A DNA stretch of 64,000 bases from an uncultured Alphaproteobacteria bacterium (GTDB lineage Bacteria > Pseudomonadota > Alphaproteobacteria > Rhodobacterales > Rhodobacteraceae): NCBI GenBank assembly GCA_902570265.1, contig CACFXF010000009.1:1231-65230 (forward strand). The letters are read 5' to 3'. The stretch's first letter is position 1. The number at the start of each line of letters is the position of its first letter. A model generated the notes under the pieces. That model ran no database searches and was not told where the DNA came from. It saw only the letters and a list, made by a program, of their open reading frames with translations. Made by a program: the position numbers and the translations under genes. Shown in pieces: positions 24,589-35,669 of this stretch.

Positions 24589-26943
24589 ATGAATAAAGAT
24601 ATACGTGAAATGAATTATGGTCCCTCTTTGGAGTCCTCCGAGTTAGCTCTTAAATGGCTATCAAAAAATAATAACAAATTTGGACACTTCATAAATGGAA
24701 AGATGACAACTCCAATAAATACTTTTGAAACTATTAATCCTGCTAACTTAGATATACTGGCTAGTATATCGAAAGGATCTCTTTCAGATGTTAATAATGC
24801 TGTAAAATCAGCAAAAGTTGCTTTTAAGAATTGGAAAAATTTAAAACCATTTGAAAGATCAAAATATTTATATGCTTTAGCAAGATTAATTCAAAAAAAT
24901 AGTAGGATTTTAGCAGTACTAGAAACTTTAGATAATGGTAAACCTATTAGAGAAACTAGAGATTTAGATATACCATTAGTAGCAAGACATTTTTATCACC
25001 ATGCTGGTTGGGCTGAAATTTTGAAAGATAAATTTCCAAAAAAAGAACCATTAGGTGTAATAGGACAAATAATTCCATGGAATTTCCCTTTGCTAATGCT
25101 ATCTTGGAAGATAGCACCCGCATTGGCTGCTGGAAATACAGTTGTTTTAAAACCAGCTGAAACCTCACCTCTAACCGCAATGTTTTTTGCAGAGCTTTGT
25201 ATTGAAGCACAAATTCCACCTGGTGTGGTGAATATAGTAAATGGAGACGGAGAAACAGGTGCATTTATTGTAAAAAATAAGCAAATTTCAAAAATTGCAT
25301 TTACTGGTTCAACTGAAGTTGGGAGATTAATCAGGAAAGAAACTGCAGGAAAAGATAAAAAAATAAGTTTAGAGCTTGGTGGAAAGTCAGCTTTTATAGT
25401 TTTTGAAGATTCTGACTTAGATAGCGCTATAGAGGGTGTTGTAGATTCAATTTGGTTTAATCAAGGAGAAGTTTGTTGTGCAGGTTCTAGATTACTTGTT
25501 CAAGAAGGAATTCAAAATAAATTCATCACTAAGCTCAAACGAAGAATGTCCAAATTAAGGTTAGGTAATCCTCTTGATAAATCTACAGACATTGGAGCCA
25601 TTAATTCACTTCAGCAATTAAAAAAGATCAAATCAATTGTAGCCAGTGGTTCAAAAGAAGGTGCCAATATTTATCAACCTAAAATTGAAATACCAAAAAA
25701 AGGCTTCTTTTACCCACCAACATTATTAGAGAATACTCATCAATCTATGAATATATGCCAAACAGAAATTTTTGGTCCAGTACTTAGTGTTATACCTTTT
25801 AGAACTCCAAAAGAAGCAGTTTCAATTGCCAATAATTCTAGATATGGTTTGTCATCAAGTATTTGGACTGAAAATATTAACCTTGGATTAGATATAGCCC
25901 CCAAAATAAAAGCAGGAGTAGTTTGGATTAATTCAACAAATCTATTTGATGCTTCAGCAGGTTTTGGTGGATATAGAGAGAGTGGTTTTGGTAGAGAAGG
26001 AGGAGAAGAAGGACTGTTAGATTATTTAAATGAATCTAGCAAACCATTAATTTCTGTTCAAAAGCAGAAAAAAAATAAAAATAAAAAAATAGAAAAAAAC
26101 AAACCAAAAACTATTGATAGAACCAGAAAACTATTTATTGGCGGTTTGCAAAAAAGAAGTGATAGTGGTTATGATAAACATATTTATTCATCCAATAAGT
26201 TAATTGGTCAAGTACCCCTTGGAAATAGAAAAGATATAAGAGATGCTGTTGAATCTGCTAGTAATGAAAGTAAATGGAGAAGTATGACGGCACATGCAAG
26301 AGCACAAGTACTTTATTACGCAGCTGAAAATTTAGATCTGAGAAAAGATGAATTTGCGCAAACTATTCAATTAATGACTGGAGAAAATGGAAAAGATGAA
26401 GTTGATCAAGCACTAGAAAATATTTTTTATTTTGCTTCCTGGGCTGATAAATTTGAAGGGACAATTCATAATGTGCCAATTAGAGGTGTATCACTAGCAA
26501 TGAAAGAGCCCTTAGGGGTTATAGCTATAGTATGTCCTGATAATAATCCTCTTTTATCATTTATACATCTAGTTTTTAGTGCTTTATGTATGGGTAATAC
26601 TGTAGTTGTTGTTCCATCAGAAAAACATCCTCTATGTGCTATAGATATGTATCAGATATTTGAAACATCTGATTTTCCACCTGGAGCCATAAATATAGTC
26701 ACAGGAAATAGAGATGAGTTATCAGAAACATTATCTAAGCATATGCAAGTTGATGGAATTTGGTATTTTGGATCTAAAGATGGATCAAAAAAAATTGAAG
26801 AAAACTCAAATTCTAATTTGAAACAAACTTGGGTTAATAATGGATTAAGTTATTCTTGGGTTGACTTACCAAAGGAAATTAAAATGAAATCTCTTCAAAA
26901 ATCTATACAGATAAAAAATATTTGGATACCTTATGGAGAGTAG
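24589..26943 (+). CDS. Aldehyde dehydrogenase fused to a second, truncated ALDH-like domain (784 aa)
   Basis: Domain 1 is complete (FTGSTEVG, ELGGKSA, catalytic GEVCCAGSR). A Lys-rich linker follows (QKQKKNKNKKIEKNKPK). Domain 2 keeps the NAD-binding half (KLFIGG..., PLGVIAIVCPDNNP) but ends where ELGGK and the Cys should follow. Confidence 0.8.
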   Translation: MNKDIREMNYGPSLESSELALKWLSKNNNKFGHFINGKMTTPINTFETINPANLDILASISKGSLSDVNNAVKSAKVAFKNWKNLKPFERSKYLYALARLIQKNSRILAVLETLDNGKPIRETRDLDIPLVARHFYHHAGWAEILKDKFPKKEPLGVIGQIIPWNFPLLMLSWKIAPALAAGNTVVLKPAETSPLTAMFFAELCIEAQIPPGVVNIVNGDGETGAFIVKNKQISKIAFTGSTEVGRLIRKETAGKDKKISLELGGKSAFIVFEDSDLDSAIEGVVDSIWFNQGEVCCAGSRLLVQEGIQNKFITKLKRRMSKLRLGNPLDKSTDIGAINSLQQLKKIKSIVASGSKEGANIYQPKIEIPKKGFFYPPTLLENTHQSMNICQTEIFGPVLSVIPFRTPKEAVSIANNSRYGLSSSIWTENINLGLDIAPKIKAGVVWINSTNLFDASAGFGGYRESGFGREGGEEGLLDYLNESSKPLISVQKQKKNKNKKIEKNKPKTIDRTRKLFIGGLQKRSDSGYDKHIYSSNKLIGQVPLGNRKDIRDAVESASNESKWRSMTAHARAQVLYYAAENLDLRKDEFAQTIQLMTGENGKDEVDQALENIFYFASWADKFEGTIHNVPIRGVSLAMKEPLGVIAIVCPDNNPLLSFIHLVFSALCMGNTVVVVPSEKHPLCAIDMYQIFETSDFPPGAINIVTGNRDELSETLSKHMQVDGIWYFGSKDGSKKIEENSNSNLKQTWVNNGLSYSWVDLPKEIKMKSLQKSIQIKNIWIPYGE

Positions 26944-26947
26944 ATCT

Positions 26948-28843
26948 TTAACTCTTTTTTGGATAGTCTAAATCAATTAAAGCTTTTTTTATTTCCTCTA
27001 AAATTGAAGGATCATCTATTGTAGCTGGAACTTTAAAATTTTCACCATTTGCAATTTTAAGCATTGTACCTCTAAGAATCTTTCCAGATCTTGTTTTAGG
27101 AAGTCTTTCTATAATCACAGCCATTTTAAAACTTGCTACCGGACCAATTTTGTCTCTCACCAGTGATATGGATTCTTCAATTATTTCTTCATGATTTCTA
27201 TTTACACCTGCATTGAGACAAATAAATCCTAGTGGCAATTGTCCTTTGAGATCGTCACTAACACCTATTACAGCACATTCAGCTATATCAGGATGTTCTG
27301 AAAGAACCTCTTCCATAGCTCCAGTTGATAATCTATGTCCGGCGGTATTTATAACATCATCTGTACGTGCCATTATTGAAATGTAACCATCACTATCAAT
27401 AAAACCTGCGTCACCAGTATCATAATGACCAGGAAATCTTGATAAATAAGATTGTTTAAACCTATCATCTGCATTCCAAAGGGTTGGCAAAGTTCCTGGA
27501 GGAAGAGGTAATTTCACAACTATTGATCCCAATTCATTAGTTCCAGAAGTTCTACTTCCCTCATCTAACACTTTTACATCAAAACCAGGCATGGCTAAAC
27601 CAGCTGTACCAATTTTTACTGGTGGTGAATTTAAACCTTGAGGGCACCCAACCATTGGGAATCCAGTTTCTGTTTGCCACCAATGATCAATTACTGGAAC
27701 TTTTAGTTTATTTGAAGCCCAATTTATTGTATCAGAATCTGCTCTTTCACCAGCTAAGAATAAAGTTTTAAGCGAACTAGTATCATATTTTTTTATAAAT
27801 TTACCTACAGGATCACTTCGCTTTATTGCTCTAAAAGCAGTTGGAGCAGTAAATAGTATATCCACATTATATTCTTCAATTATTCTCCAAAAAGTTCCAG
27901 GATCTGGTGTTCCAACTGGTTTTCCTTCAAATAAAATCGTAGTATTTCCAGCAAACAATGGGGCATAAACTATATAAGAGTGTCCTACTACCCAACCAAC
28001 ATCAGAAGCTGCCCAAAATATATCGTTTTCGCCAGCTCCATAGAAATTTTTCATAGTCCACATTAAGCTAACTAGATGACCCGCTGTTGGTCTTACTACT
28101 CCTTTCGGCTGCCCTGTTGTTCCTGAAGTATATAATATATATAAAGGCTCATTTCCAAAGACTGGTATACATGTACATTCAGATGATGATTTTTGAAACT
28201 CATACCAATCATAATCTCGATTAGAAACTAAAGGAGCTTGAAGCTCGTCTCTTTGGAAGATAACACAAAAATTTGGCTTATGATTTGCTTGTTCAATAGC
28301 TTTATCAAGTAAAGGTTTATATGGAATAATACTCGTTGGTTCTATGCCACAGGATCCAGCAATAATAGCTTTAGGTTTAGCATCATCTATCCTAACAGCT
28401 AACTCATTAGAAGCAAAACCCCCAAAAACAACTGAATGAATAGCACCTATTCTTGAGCACGCAAGCATTGATACTATTGCTTCTGGGATCATTGGCATAT
28501 AAATAATTACTCTATCACCTTTTGTGATACCAGCGTTACTCATTGCATGCGCAAATTTAGTTACTCTTTCAAGTAATTGGCTATAAGTGATTTTTTCTTT
28601 AACGCTTCTGATAGCACTATCATATATAATTGCAGTTTTTTCACCTTTTCCTTTTATCACGTGACGATCCACAGCATTGTAGCATGTATTTACTAAACCA
28701 TCAGGAAACCATTTATAAAACGGTTTATTGGAAGAATCTAAAGCAAAACTTGGAAAGTTTATCCAATCTATATTTTGTGCAGCATTAATCCAGAATTTCT
28801 CAGGATCATTTTTCCATTCATTATATAAGTCTTCATATCTCAT
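26948..28843 (-). CDS. prpE: Propionate-CoA ligase / acyl-CoA synthetase (Acs family)
   Basis: It is 631 aa with the AMP-binding motif YTSGTTGQPKG. The symbol is inferred from the size and the adjacent methylmalonyl-pathway genes. Confidence 0.65.
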   Translation of the reverse strand: MRYEDLYNEWKNDPEKFWINAAQNIDWINFPSFALDSSNKPFYKWFPDGLVNTCYNAVDRHVIKGKGEKTAIIYDSAIRSVKEKITYSQLLERVTKFAHAMSNAGITKGDRVIIYMPMIPEAIVSMLACSRIGAIHSVVFGGFASNELAVRIDDAKPKAIIAGSCGIEPTSIIPYKPLLDKAIEQANHKPNFCVIFQRDELQAPLVSNRDYDWYEFQKSSSECTCIPVFGNEPLYILYTSGTTGQPKGVVRPTAGHLVSLMWTMKNFYGAGENDIFWAASDVGWVVGHSYIVYAPLFAGNTTILFEGKPVGTPDPGTFWRIIEEYNVDILFTAPTAFRAIKRSDPVGKFIKKYDTSSLKTLFLAGERADSDTINWASNKLKVPVIDHWWQTETGFPMVGCPQGLNSPPVKIGTAGLAMPGFDVKVLDEGSRTSGTNELGSIVVKLPLPPGTLPTLWNADDRFKQSYLSRFPGHYDTGDAGFIDSDGYISIMARTDDVINTAGHRLSTGAMEEVLSEHPDIAECAVIGVSDDLKGQLPLGFICLNAGVNRNHEEIIEESISLVRDKIGPVASFKMAVIIERLPKTRSGKILRGTMLKIANGENFKVPATIDDPSILEEIKKALIDLDYPKKS

Positions 28844-28854
28844 TTGAAGTACAG

Positions 28855-31149
28855 CTAACTATATGTTTGAACAGGTGTACCTGCTAAAGCAGCTATATTA
28901 AGCAATCCTCTTGCAGTAATTGAAGAGGTTACAATATGGGCTTTGTTTCCCATCCCCATAAGAATAGGGCCTACTTCAAGACCATTAGCACACATTTTTA
29001 AGATGTTCCTGACACCGCTAGCTGCGTCAGTATTGGCAAAAACTAAAGCATTTGCTGCACCATCTAATCGGCTATTAGGCATTATTCTTGATCTCAGTTC
29101 AGGGTCTAGAGCTGCATCAGAATGCATTTCGCCTTCATATAAAAAATCACATTTACTCTCATCCAAAATTCTAAGAGCATCTCGCATATTTCGACCTGAA
29201 TCACTATCCAAATTACCAAACTGTGAGTGAGAACATAATGCTATCTTTGGTTCAATACCAAAACGTCTAGCATGCCTTGCTGTTGCAATTACTGTTTGGG
29301 AAATTTGATCTGGTGACGGAATAGCGTTAACCTGAGTATCAGCTATTAATAAAGGACCATTTTCTAAAATCATAAGTGAAAGGGCCCCTATGGCATTTAA
29401 TCCACCATTTTCAAGGACCTCTTTTATGTATTTAAGATGCCATAGGTATTGTCCAAATGTTCCACAAATCATACTATCAGCTTCTTTTCTATAGACCATG
29501 ATTGCAGCAATAGCTGTACTATTGGTTCTCATTATGGCTTTTGCAAGTGCTGGAGTTACACCCCGCCTCTCCATAATTTTATGATAGGTTTCCCAATATT
29601 CTCGAAAACGGGGATCACTTTCAGGATTAACTAATTCAAAGTCTTTATTAATTCTTAATGGAAGACCGTATTTTTCTATTCTACTCATTACTACTTCTGG
29701 CCGACCTATTAATATAGGTCTATCACCAGTTTCTTCAATCATAGAAAAAGAGGCTCTTAAAACACGTTCGTCTTCTCCTTCTGAAAAAACAATCTTTCTA
29801 CTTGCAGATCTTGCAGCTTCAAATACTGGGCGCATCAATAGTGAAGATTTATAAGCTGAATGCTCTAGTTTTTTTGTATATTCTAATATTGAACCAATCT
29901 TTTTTGTAGCCACACCGGTTTCAATTGCAGCCTTTGCAACTGCCGAGGCAACGAATGGCAGTAATCTTGGATCAAAAGGTTTAGGAATTACATAATTAGG
30001 TCCAAATTTCATATCTTCACCTTGATAAGCAGCTGCAGCTTCTGCCGAAGAGTGCTCCCTAGCTAGCTTTGCAATTGCCTCAACACATGCTATTTTCATT
30101 TTTTCATTTATTTCAGTAGCCGCTATATCAAGTGCACCTCTGAAAATGAATGGAAAACATAATACATTATTTACTTGGTTTGGATAGTCAGACCTGCCCG
30201 TAGCCACAATCGCATTAGGGAAAACCTCGTAAACAATTTCTGGCATAATTTCAGGTATTGGGTTGGCAAGTGCAAAAACAATTGGGGATTCATTCATTTT
30301 TTTTAACATACTTTTTGATAGAGTATTAGGACCTGATAATCCTAGAAAGAAATCTGCTCCTTCAATAACTGTTTCTAATGAACTACTATCAGATTTCTGT
30401 GCAAAAGCAGCCTTATATATATTTTTATCTTTACGATCTTCTGTTACTAAACCTGATCTATCACAAAGCCAGATATTTTTCTTTTTACACCCTAAACTTA
30501 CTAACATCTCCAAACATGCAATACCAGCGGCACCACCACCTGTACATACAACTTTTATTTCAGAAATTTTTTTGTCTACAAGGTTAAGTGAATTTACTAA
30601 TGCTGCCCCAACAACAATTGCTGTACCATGTTGATCATCATGGAAAACAGGAATACTCATCTTATCTTTACAAATCTTTTCAATAACAAAACAATCAGGA
30701 GCTTTTATATCCTCAAGATTAATAGCTCCAAAAGTTGGTTCTAAAGAAACAATGATTTCGGCTAATTTGTCAGGATTATTCTCGTTTATTTCTATATCAA
30801 AACAATCAATACCTGCAAATTTTTTAAATAATACTGCCTTACCTTCCATGACGGGTTTAGCAGCTAAAGCCCCAATATTACCTAATCCCAAAACTGCGGT
30901 CCCGTTCGAAATAACTGCTACTAAATTTGATTTCGATGTATAATTACCAGATTTCTCAAAGTTTTTTTTAATTTCTAAACATGCTTCAGCTACTCCCGGT
31001 GAATATGCTTTAGCTAAATCACTTTGGTTTGCTAATGGTTTAGTAGCCCTAATTTCTAACTTTCCTGGTTTTGGAAACTCATGAAAATCTAAGGCCGCTT
31101 TTCTGACTGTCTCATTTTTAATTTTACTCATTTTTTTCCTTCTAAGCAT
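28855..31149 (-). CDS. maeB: NADP-dependent malic enzyme with a C-terminal phosphotransacetylase-like domain
   Basis: It is about 760 aa. The malic enzyme N-terminal half has FHDDQHGTAIV and GGGAAG, followed by a PTA-like C-terminal half. The true start may be the Met at 31131. Confidence 0.85.
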   Translation of the reverse strand: MLRRKKMSKIKNETVRKAALDFHEFPKPGKLEIRATKPLANQSDLAKAYSPGVAEACLEIKKNFEKSGNYTSKSNLVAVISNGTAVLGLGNIGALAAKPVMEGKAVLFKKFAGIDCFDIEINENNPDKLAEIIVSLEPTFGAINLEDIKAPDCFVIEKICKDKMSIPVFHDDQHGTAIVVGAALVNSLNLVDKKISEIKVVCTGGGAAGIACLEMLVSLGCKKKNIWLCDRSGLVTEDRKDKNIYKAAFAQKSDSSSLETVIEGADFFLGLSGPNTLSKSMLKKMNESPIVFALANPIPEIMPEIVYEVFPNAIVATGRSDYPNQVNNVLCFPFIFRGALDIAATEINEKMKIACVEAIAKLAREHSSAEAAAAYQGEDMKFGPNYVIPKPFDPRLLPFVASAVAKAAIETGVATKKIGSILEYTKKLEHSAYKSSLLMRPVFEAARSASRKIVFSEGEDERVLRASFSMIEETGDRPILIGRPEVVMSRIEKYGLPLRINKDFELVNPESDPRFREYWETYHKIMERRGVTPALAKAIMRTNSTAIAAIMVYRKEADSMICGTFGQYLWHLKYIKEVLENGGLNAIGALSLMILENGPLLIADTQVNAIPSPDQISQTVIATARHARRFGIEPKIALCSHSQFGNLDSDSGRNMRDALRILDESKCDFLYEGEMHSDAALDPELRSRIMPNSRLDGAANALVFANTDAASGVRNILKMCANGLEVGPILMGMGNKAHIVTSSITARGLLNIAALAGTPVQTYS

Positions 31150-31173
31150 GAATAATTTGTAGACAATAAAAAA

Positions 31174-33303
31174 TTAATTTCCTAATAAAATATCCAACAA
31201 ATTATTTGCAGCATCTAAAATATTTGTACCGGGACCAAAAATAGCTCTAACCCCAATATCAGAAAGGAAATCATAATCTTCTCTAGGAATTACACCCCCA
31301 CAAACAACTATTATTTCTTCTCCATTAATCTTTTTTAATTGATCGATGAGAATAGGTACTAAAGTTTTATGAGCAGCAGCTTGTGATGAAATACCAATTA
31401 TATGAACGTCATTATCAACAGCATCTTGAGCGGCTTCCTCTGGAGTTTGGAATAAAGGGCCTACATCTACATCAAAACCAATATCTGCAAATGCAGTTGC
31501 TATGACTTTTGCACCTCTATCATGTCCATCTTGTCCAAGCTTAATTACTAATATCCTTGGTCTTCTACCTTGATTTTTTTCAAAAAGTTCAACTTTGTTT
31601 TGAATTTTCAAAAAATTCTCATCATTTTCATAAGCATTTTTATATACACCAGATAATGTTCTATTATTTGCTCTATATCTACCAAAAACATTTTCTAAAG
31701 CTGATGAAATTTCCCCAACAGTGGCTCTATTTCTAGCAGCATCAACAGCAAATTCTAATATATTACCAGATTTATTTCTACATATATTCTCAAGATCTTC
31801 TAATTTTTTTTGACATATATTATCATCTCTAGTTGCCCTAATTTGATTTAATCTATCAATTTGATTTTTTCTTACAGAAATATTATCTACATTCAGTATT
31901 TCAACATTCTCATGGTCTTTGGGTTTATATTTATTGACACCGACTATTACCTCTAAACCTTGGTCTATAGCAGCTTGTTTTTTAGCAGCAGATTCTTCTA
32001 TTCTTGACTTAGGCAAACCTGCAGATACAGCTTCGGTCATACCCCCTAAATTTTCAACTTCTTGTATTAATTTCCAAGCCTTTTCTGTTAATTCATTAGT
32101 CAAATTTTCAACATAATAACTTCCAGCCAATGGGTCAATAACCTTAGTTATTCCTAACTCTTCTTGCATAATCAGCTGAGTATTTCTTGCTATTCTAGAC
32201 GAAAACTCTGTTGGAAGCCCCATAGCTTCGTCAAATGCATTTGTGTGTAGGCTCTGTGTTCCACCTAATGTAGCAGCTAATGCTTCATAAGAAGTTCTTA
32301 CAATATTATTGTAAGGATCTTTTTCTTGCAAACTCACACCTGATGTTTGGCAATGCACTCTCAATAGTGAAGAACTAGGTTTTTTTGGATTGAACTCCTT
32401 CATTATCTTAGACCATAAAATCCTAGCAGCTCTTAATTTAGCAACTTCCATAAAAAAATTCATACCTATAGCAAAGAAAAATGAAAGGCGACCAGCAAAA
32501 GCATCAATATCCATCCCCTTAGAAAGAGCTGCTTTTACATACTCTTTTCCATCTGCCAATGTAAAGGCTAACTCCTGTACTAGATTTGCACCAGCTTCAT
32601 GCATATGGTAACCAGAAATAGAAATTGAATTAAACTTAGGCATTTCTTTACTTGTATATTCAATTATATCAGAAACTATTCTCATAGATGGCTCAGGTGG
32701 ATATATATAAGTATTCCTAACCATAAATTCTTTAAGAATATCATTCTGAATTGTTCCAGTTAAATTTGATTTTGCAACACCTTGTTCCTCTGCAGCCACA
32801 ATAAAGTTTGCCATTATTGGAATTACTGCACCATTCATTGTCATCGAAACAGACATTTTATCTAATGGTATATTTGAAAATAAAATTTTCATATCCTCTA
32901 CACTATCAATTGCAACACCAGCTTTTCCTACATCGCCAAGGACTCTTGGGTGATCACTGTCATATCCTCTATGAGTCGGCAAATCAAAAGCTACTGAAAT
33001 TCCTTTCTGTCCAGCCTCTAAGTTTTTTCTATAAAATGCATTACTTTCTTCAGCCGTTGAAAATCCAGCATACTGTCTTACAGTCCAAGGTCTTCCAGCG
33101 TACATTGTTGCTCTAGGTCCTCTACTGTAGCTATCTAAACCAGGTAATTCATTTAAATGATTTATGTTTTCTAAATCATTTTCTGTATAGAGCGGTTTTA
33201 TAGTAATGTCCTCTGGTGTTAACCAGTTTAAGGAATCAATGGTTTTATCTTTTAGCTCTTTATTAGCTAATGTTTCCCACCTATTAATCTGATCTTTATT
33301 CAC
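31174..33303 (-). CDS. Methylmalonyl-CoA mutase (single large subunit with a B12-binding domain)
   Basis: It is 709 aa. [18 protein letters not shown] is present, and the B12 motif is [23 protein letters not shown]. It overlaps pccA by 4 bp. Confidence 0.9.
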   Translation of the reverse strand: MNKDQINRWETLANKELKDKTIDSLNWLTPEDITIKPLYTENDLENINHLNELPGLDSYSRGPRATMYAGRPWTVRQYAGFSTAEESNAFYRKNLEAGQKGISVAFDLPTHRGYDSDHPRVLGDVGKAGVAIDSVEDMKILFSNIPLDKMSVSMTMNGAVIPIMANFIVAAEEQGVAKSNLTGTIQNDILKEFMVRNTYIYPPEPSMRIVSDIIEYTSKEMPKFNSISISGYHMHEAGANLVQELAFTLADGKEYVKAALSKGMDIDAFAGRLSFFFAIGMNFFMEVAKLRAARILWSKIMKEFNPKKPSSSLLRVHCQTSGVSLQEKDPYNNIVRTSYEALAATLGGTQSLHTNAFDEAMGLPTEFSSRIARNTQLIMQEELGITKVIDPLAGSYYVENLTNELTEKAWKLIQEVENLGGMTEAVSAGLPKSRIEESAAKKQAAIDQGLEVIVGVNKYKPKDHENVEILNVDNISVRKNQIDRLNQIRATRDDNICQKKLEDLENICRNKSGNILEFAVDAARNRATVGEISSALENVFGRYRANNRTLSGVYKNAYENDENFLKIQNKVELFEKNQGRRPRILVIKLGQDGHDRGAKVIATAFADIGFDVDVGPLFQTPEEAAQDAVDNDVHIIGISSQAAAHKTLVPILIDQLKKINGEEIIVVCGGVIPREDYDFLSDIGVRAIFGPGTNILDAANNLLDILLGN

Positions 33304-35300
33304 TCAAACTCCAATATTGTGTCACCATCTGATAGAATATCGCCCAATTTAAACTTAATAGATTTTATTGTTCCACTTCTCTCAGCATAAATAACATTTT
33401 CCATTTTCATTGCCTCTATTGCACATAATCTTTGTCCTTCATCGATTAAATCACCAACATTAACATCCACAGAGACTAACAAGCCAGGCATTGGAGAAAT
33501 AATTTCTTTTGAATTATTAATACTACTTTTTCCTGGAACTATTGTAAAATGAGAAGACAAGAACTCTGGAAAGATTTTTATTCCTCCTTCATAACCATTC
33601 CATCTAACAAAAAATCCATCAGTTATTTTTTTACACCAAAAAGTTAAAATTTCTGAATTTACTTCTAATTCAACAGGTTCAGTAAATAAAAATTTTAAAA
33701 TTTTAATATTAAAATTTATATTATCTTTTCCAGAAATTTCATGATTTCCGTTTCTTATATTCCAGGACAGACTAAATTGATCTAATCCTGTATCAACAAA
33801 AAAATTAAAATTACTTAATTCAGTTTTAATAATTTTCTTTTCATCAGTTTGTGTTAAAATTTCGTAATTTTTATAAATTGCTAAAACTGCAGCCGATAAT
33901 TTACATAATTCATTTTTATTTAATTGATAACTTTTGAACCCGCTGGGATATTCCATTTCTAAAAATTTTGTAGAGAAAGTACCTTTATTGAAATTCTTAT
34001 TAATCAAAATCGTAGACAAAAAATTTAAATTATTTTTTATTCCATCTATAGAAAATTTATTAATTGCATTAATTAATAATTCTATTGTTTTATCTCTTTT
34101 TTCACTCCATGCACAAAGTTTTGATATCATTGGGTCATAATGCAATGAAATAGTGCTACCCTCAAAAACACCTGTGTCATTTCTTATAATTTCTGATTTT
34201 GATGAAAATTGCTCTGGGGATTTGTATTTTATTAATCTACCAGCTGATGGCATAAAATCTCTAGCTGGATCTTCTGCATAAACTCTAGCCTCTATGGCAG
34301 AACCTTTAAAAGATATTTCACTTTGCTTCAAATTCAATTTTTCTTTTGATGCTATTCGTATCATCATTTCAACAATGTCAATACCAGTAACCATTTCTGT
34401 AACAGGATGTTCTACTTGAAGACGTGTATTCATCTCTAAAAAATAAAAATCTTTATTTTTATCTACAATAAATTCTACAGTACCAGCTGAGAAATAATTA
34501 ACTGATTTAGCCAATGCAATAGCTTGACCGGCCATTAAATCTCTTATCTTCGTATTAATAAAAGGACTTGGACTTTCTTCAATTATTTTTTGATTACGCC
34601 TTTGGATAGAACAATCCCTTTCACCCAAATGCAAATAATTTCCAAATTGATCACCAACTATTTGTATCTCGATATGACGTGGCTCTTCAATAAATTTTTC
34701 AATAAATACTCTTGAGTCTCCAAAACTAGTTTCCGCCTCATTTTTTGCAGACTTAAATTTATCTTTAAGTTCCTTTTTTTCGCAGACAATTCTCATTCCT
34801 TTACCACCACCACCAGCTGAAGCTTTTATCATTAAGGGAAATCCAATTTTATCTGCAGCTTTGATAGCATCTTCATAGCTTTTTATTTCATCTTGCAAAC
34901 CTGGGATTGTAGATACATCAATATTTTTAGCATGTTTTTTTGAAATTATTTTGTCTCCCATAATTTCTATAGCTTTATATGGAGGACCAATAAATTTAAT
35001 TCCAGTATCTTCAACTAGTTTTGCGAAGTTTGAGTTTTCTGAAAGAAACCCATATCCAGGATGGACTGCTTCTATTTTATTCTTTTGTGCAATGCTAATG
35101 ATTTGCTCACCATCTAAATATTCCTTTTTTTCAGTACAAGTAGATTTTAATAAAAAAGCTTTATCAGCCAATTTAACAGCTAAAGAACTTTCATCTTCGG
35201 TGGAATAAATTACATAACTTTTTATTCCAAGTTTTTTGGCAGTTCTTATAATTCTACAGGCTATTTCACCTCGATTAGCAATTAATATACTCTTTATCAT
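33300..35300 (-). CDS. pccA: Propionyl-CoA carboxylase alpha (biotin carboxylase/BCCP) subunit
   Basis: It is 666 aa. The ATP-grasp region has [12 protein letters not shown], and the biotinyl motif is EAMKME near the C-terminus. Confidence 0.85.
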   Translation of the reverse strand: MIKSILIANRGEIACRIIRTAKKLGIKSYVIYSTEDESSLAVKLADKAFLLKSTCTEKKEYLDGEQIISIAQKNKIEAVHPGYGFLSENSNFAKLVEDTGIKFIGPPYKAIEIMGDKIISKKHAKNIDVSTIPGLQDEIKSYEDAIKAADKIGFPLMIKASAGGGGKGMRIVCEKKELKDKFKSAKNEAETSFGDSRVFIEKFIEEPRHIEIQIVGDQFGNYLHLGERDCSIQRRNQKIIEESPSPFINTKIRDLMAGQAIALAKSVNYFSAGTVEFIVDKNKDFYFLEMNTRLQVEHPVTEMVTGIDIVEMMIRIASKEKLNLKQSEISFKGSAIEARVYAEDPARDFMPSAGRLIKYKSPEQFSSKSEIIRNDTGVFEGSTISLHYDPMISKLCAWSEKRDKTIELLINAINKFSIDGIKNNLNFLSTILINKNFNKGTFSTKFLEMEYPSGFKSYQLNKNELCKLSAAVLAIYKNYEILTQTDEKKIIKTELSNFNFFVDTGLDQFSLSWNIRNGNHEISGKDNINFNIKILKFLFTEPVELEVNSEILTFWCKKITDGFFVRWNGYEGGIKIFPEFLSSHFTIVPGKSSINNSKEIISPMPGLLVSVDVNVGDLIDEGQRLCAIEAMKMENVIYAERSGTIKSIKFKLGDILSDGDTILEFE

Positions 35301-35315
35301 TTACTTATAACTTAA

Positions 35316-35660
35316 TTAAATTTGAATTAATTCTGGATAATTTGCCTTAACAGCATCAAAATCTATTTTTAGCATAGCATTATAATCATCTGGACTAAAA
35401 TTTTCTTCTGCAGGCACAACTTCACTTCCAAACAACCAACTTAACCTTGCTGTGTCAAGGTTTCCTCTTACAAAAGGTCTATTGCCAAAATAATCGATTA
35501 AACATTTTAAAAAAGTTGTATCCGCTTTGATATGAATTGGAAGGGCGTCATTTTTTCTTTTTCTCTTAATTATAGTTGAAGCTTTTTTTTTCATATGTCT
35601 CACAGTAAATTGGAAATCTGTTCCTGGCATTCTTGAAGGGAAACCCTTATGTTTAATCAT
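35316..35660 (-). CDS. Hypothetical protein (114 aa) between pccB and pccA
   Basis: It is an intact ORF packed 9 and 15 bp from its neighbours. It has a basic N-terminal half (KKKASTIIKRKRKN). I recognise no family. Confidence 0.5.
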   Translation of the reverse strand: MIKHKGFPSRMPGTDFQFTVRHMKKKASTIIKRKRKNDALPIHIKADTTFLKCLIDYFGNRPFVRGNLDTARLSWLFGSEVVPAEENFSPDDYNAMLKIDFDAVKANYPELIQI

Positions 35661-35669
35661 CTGGACCTT

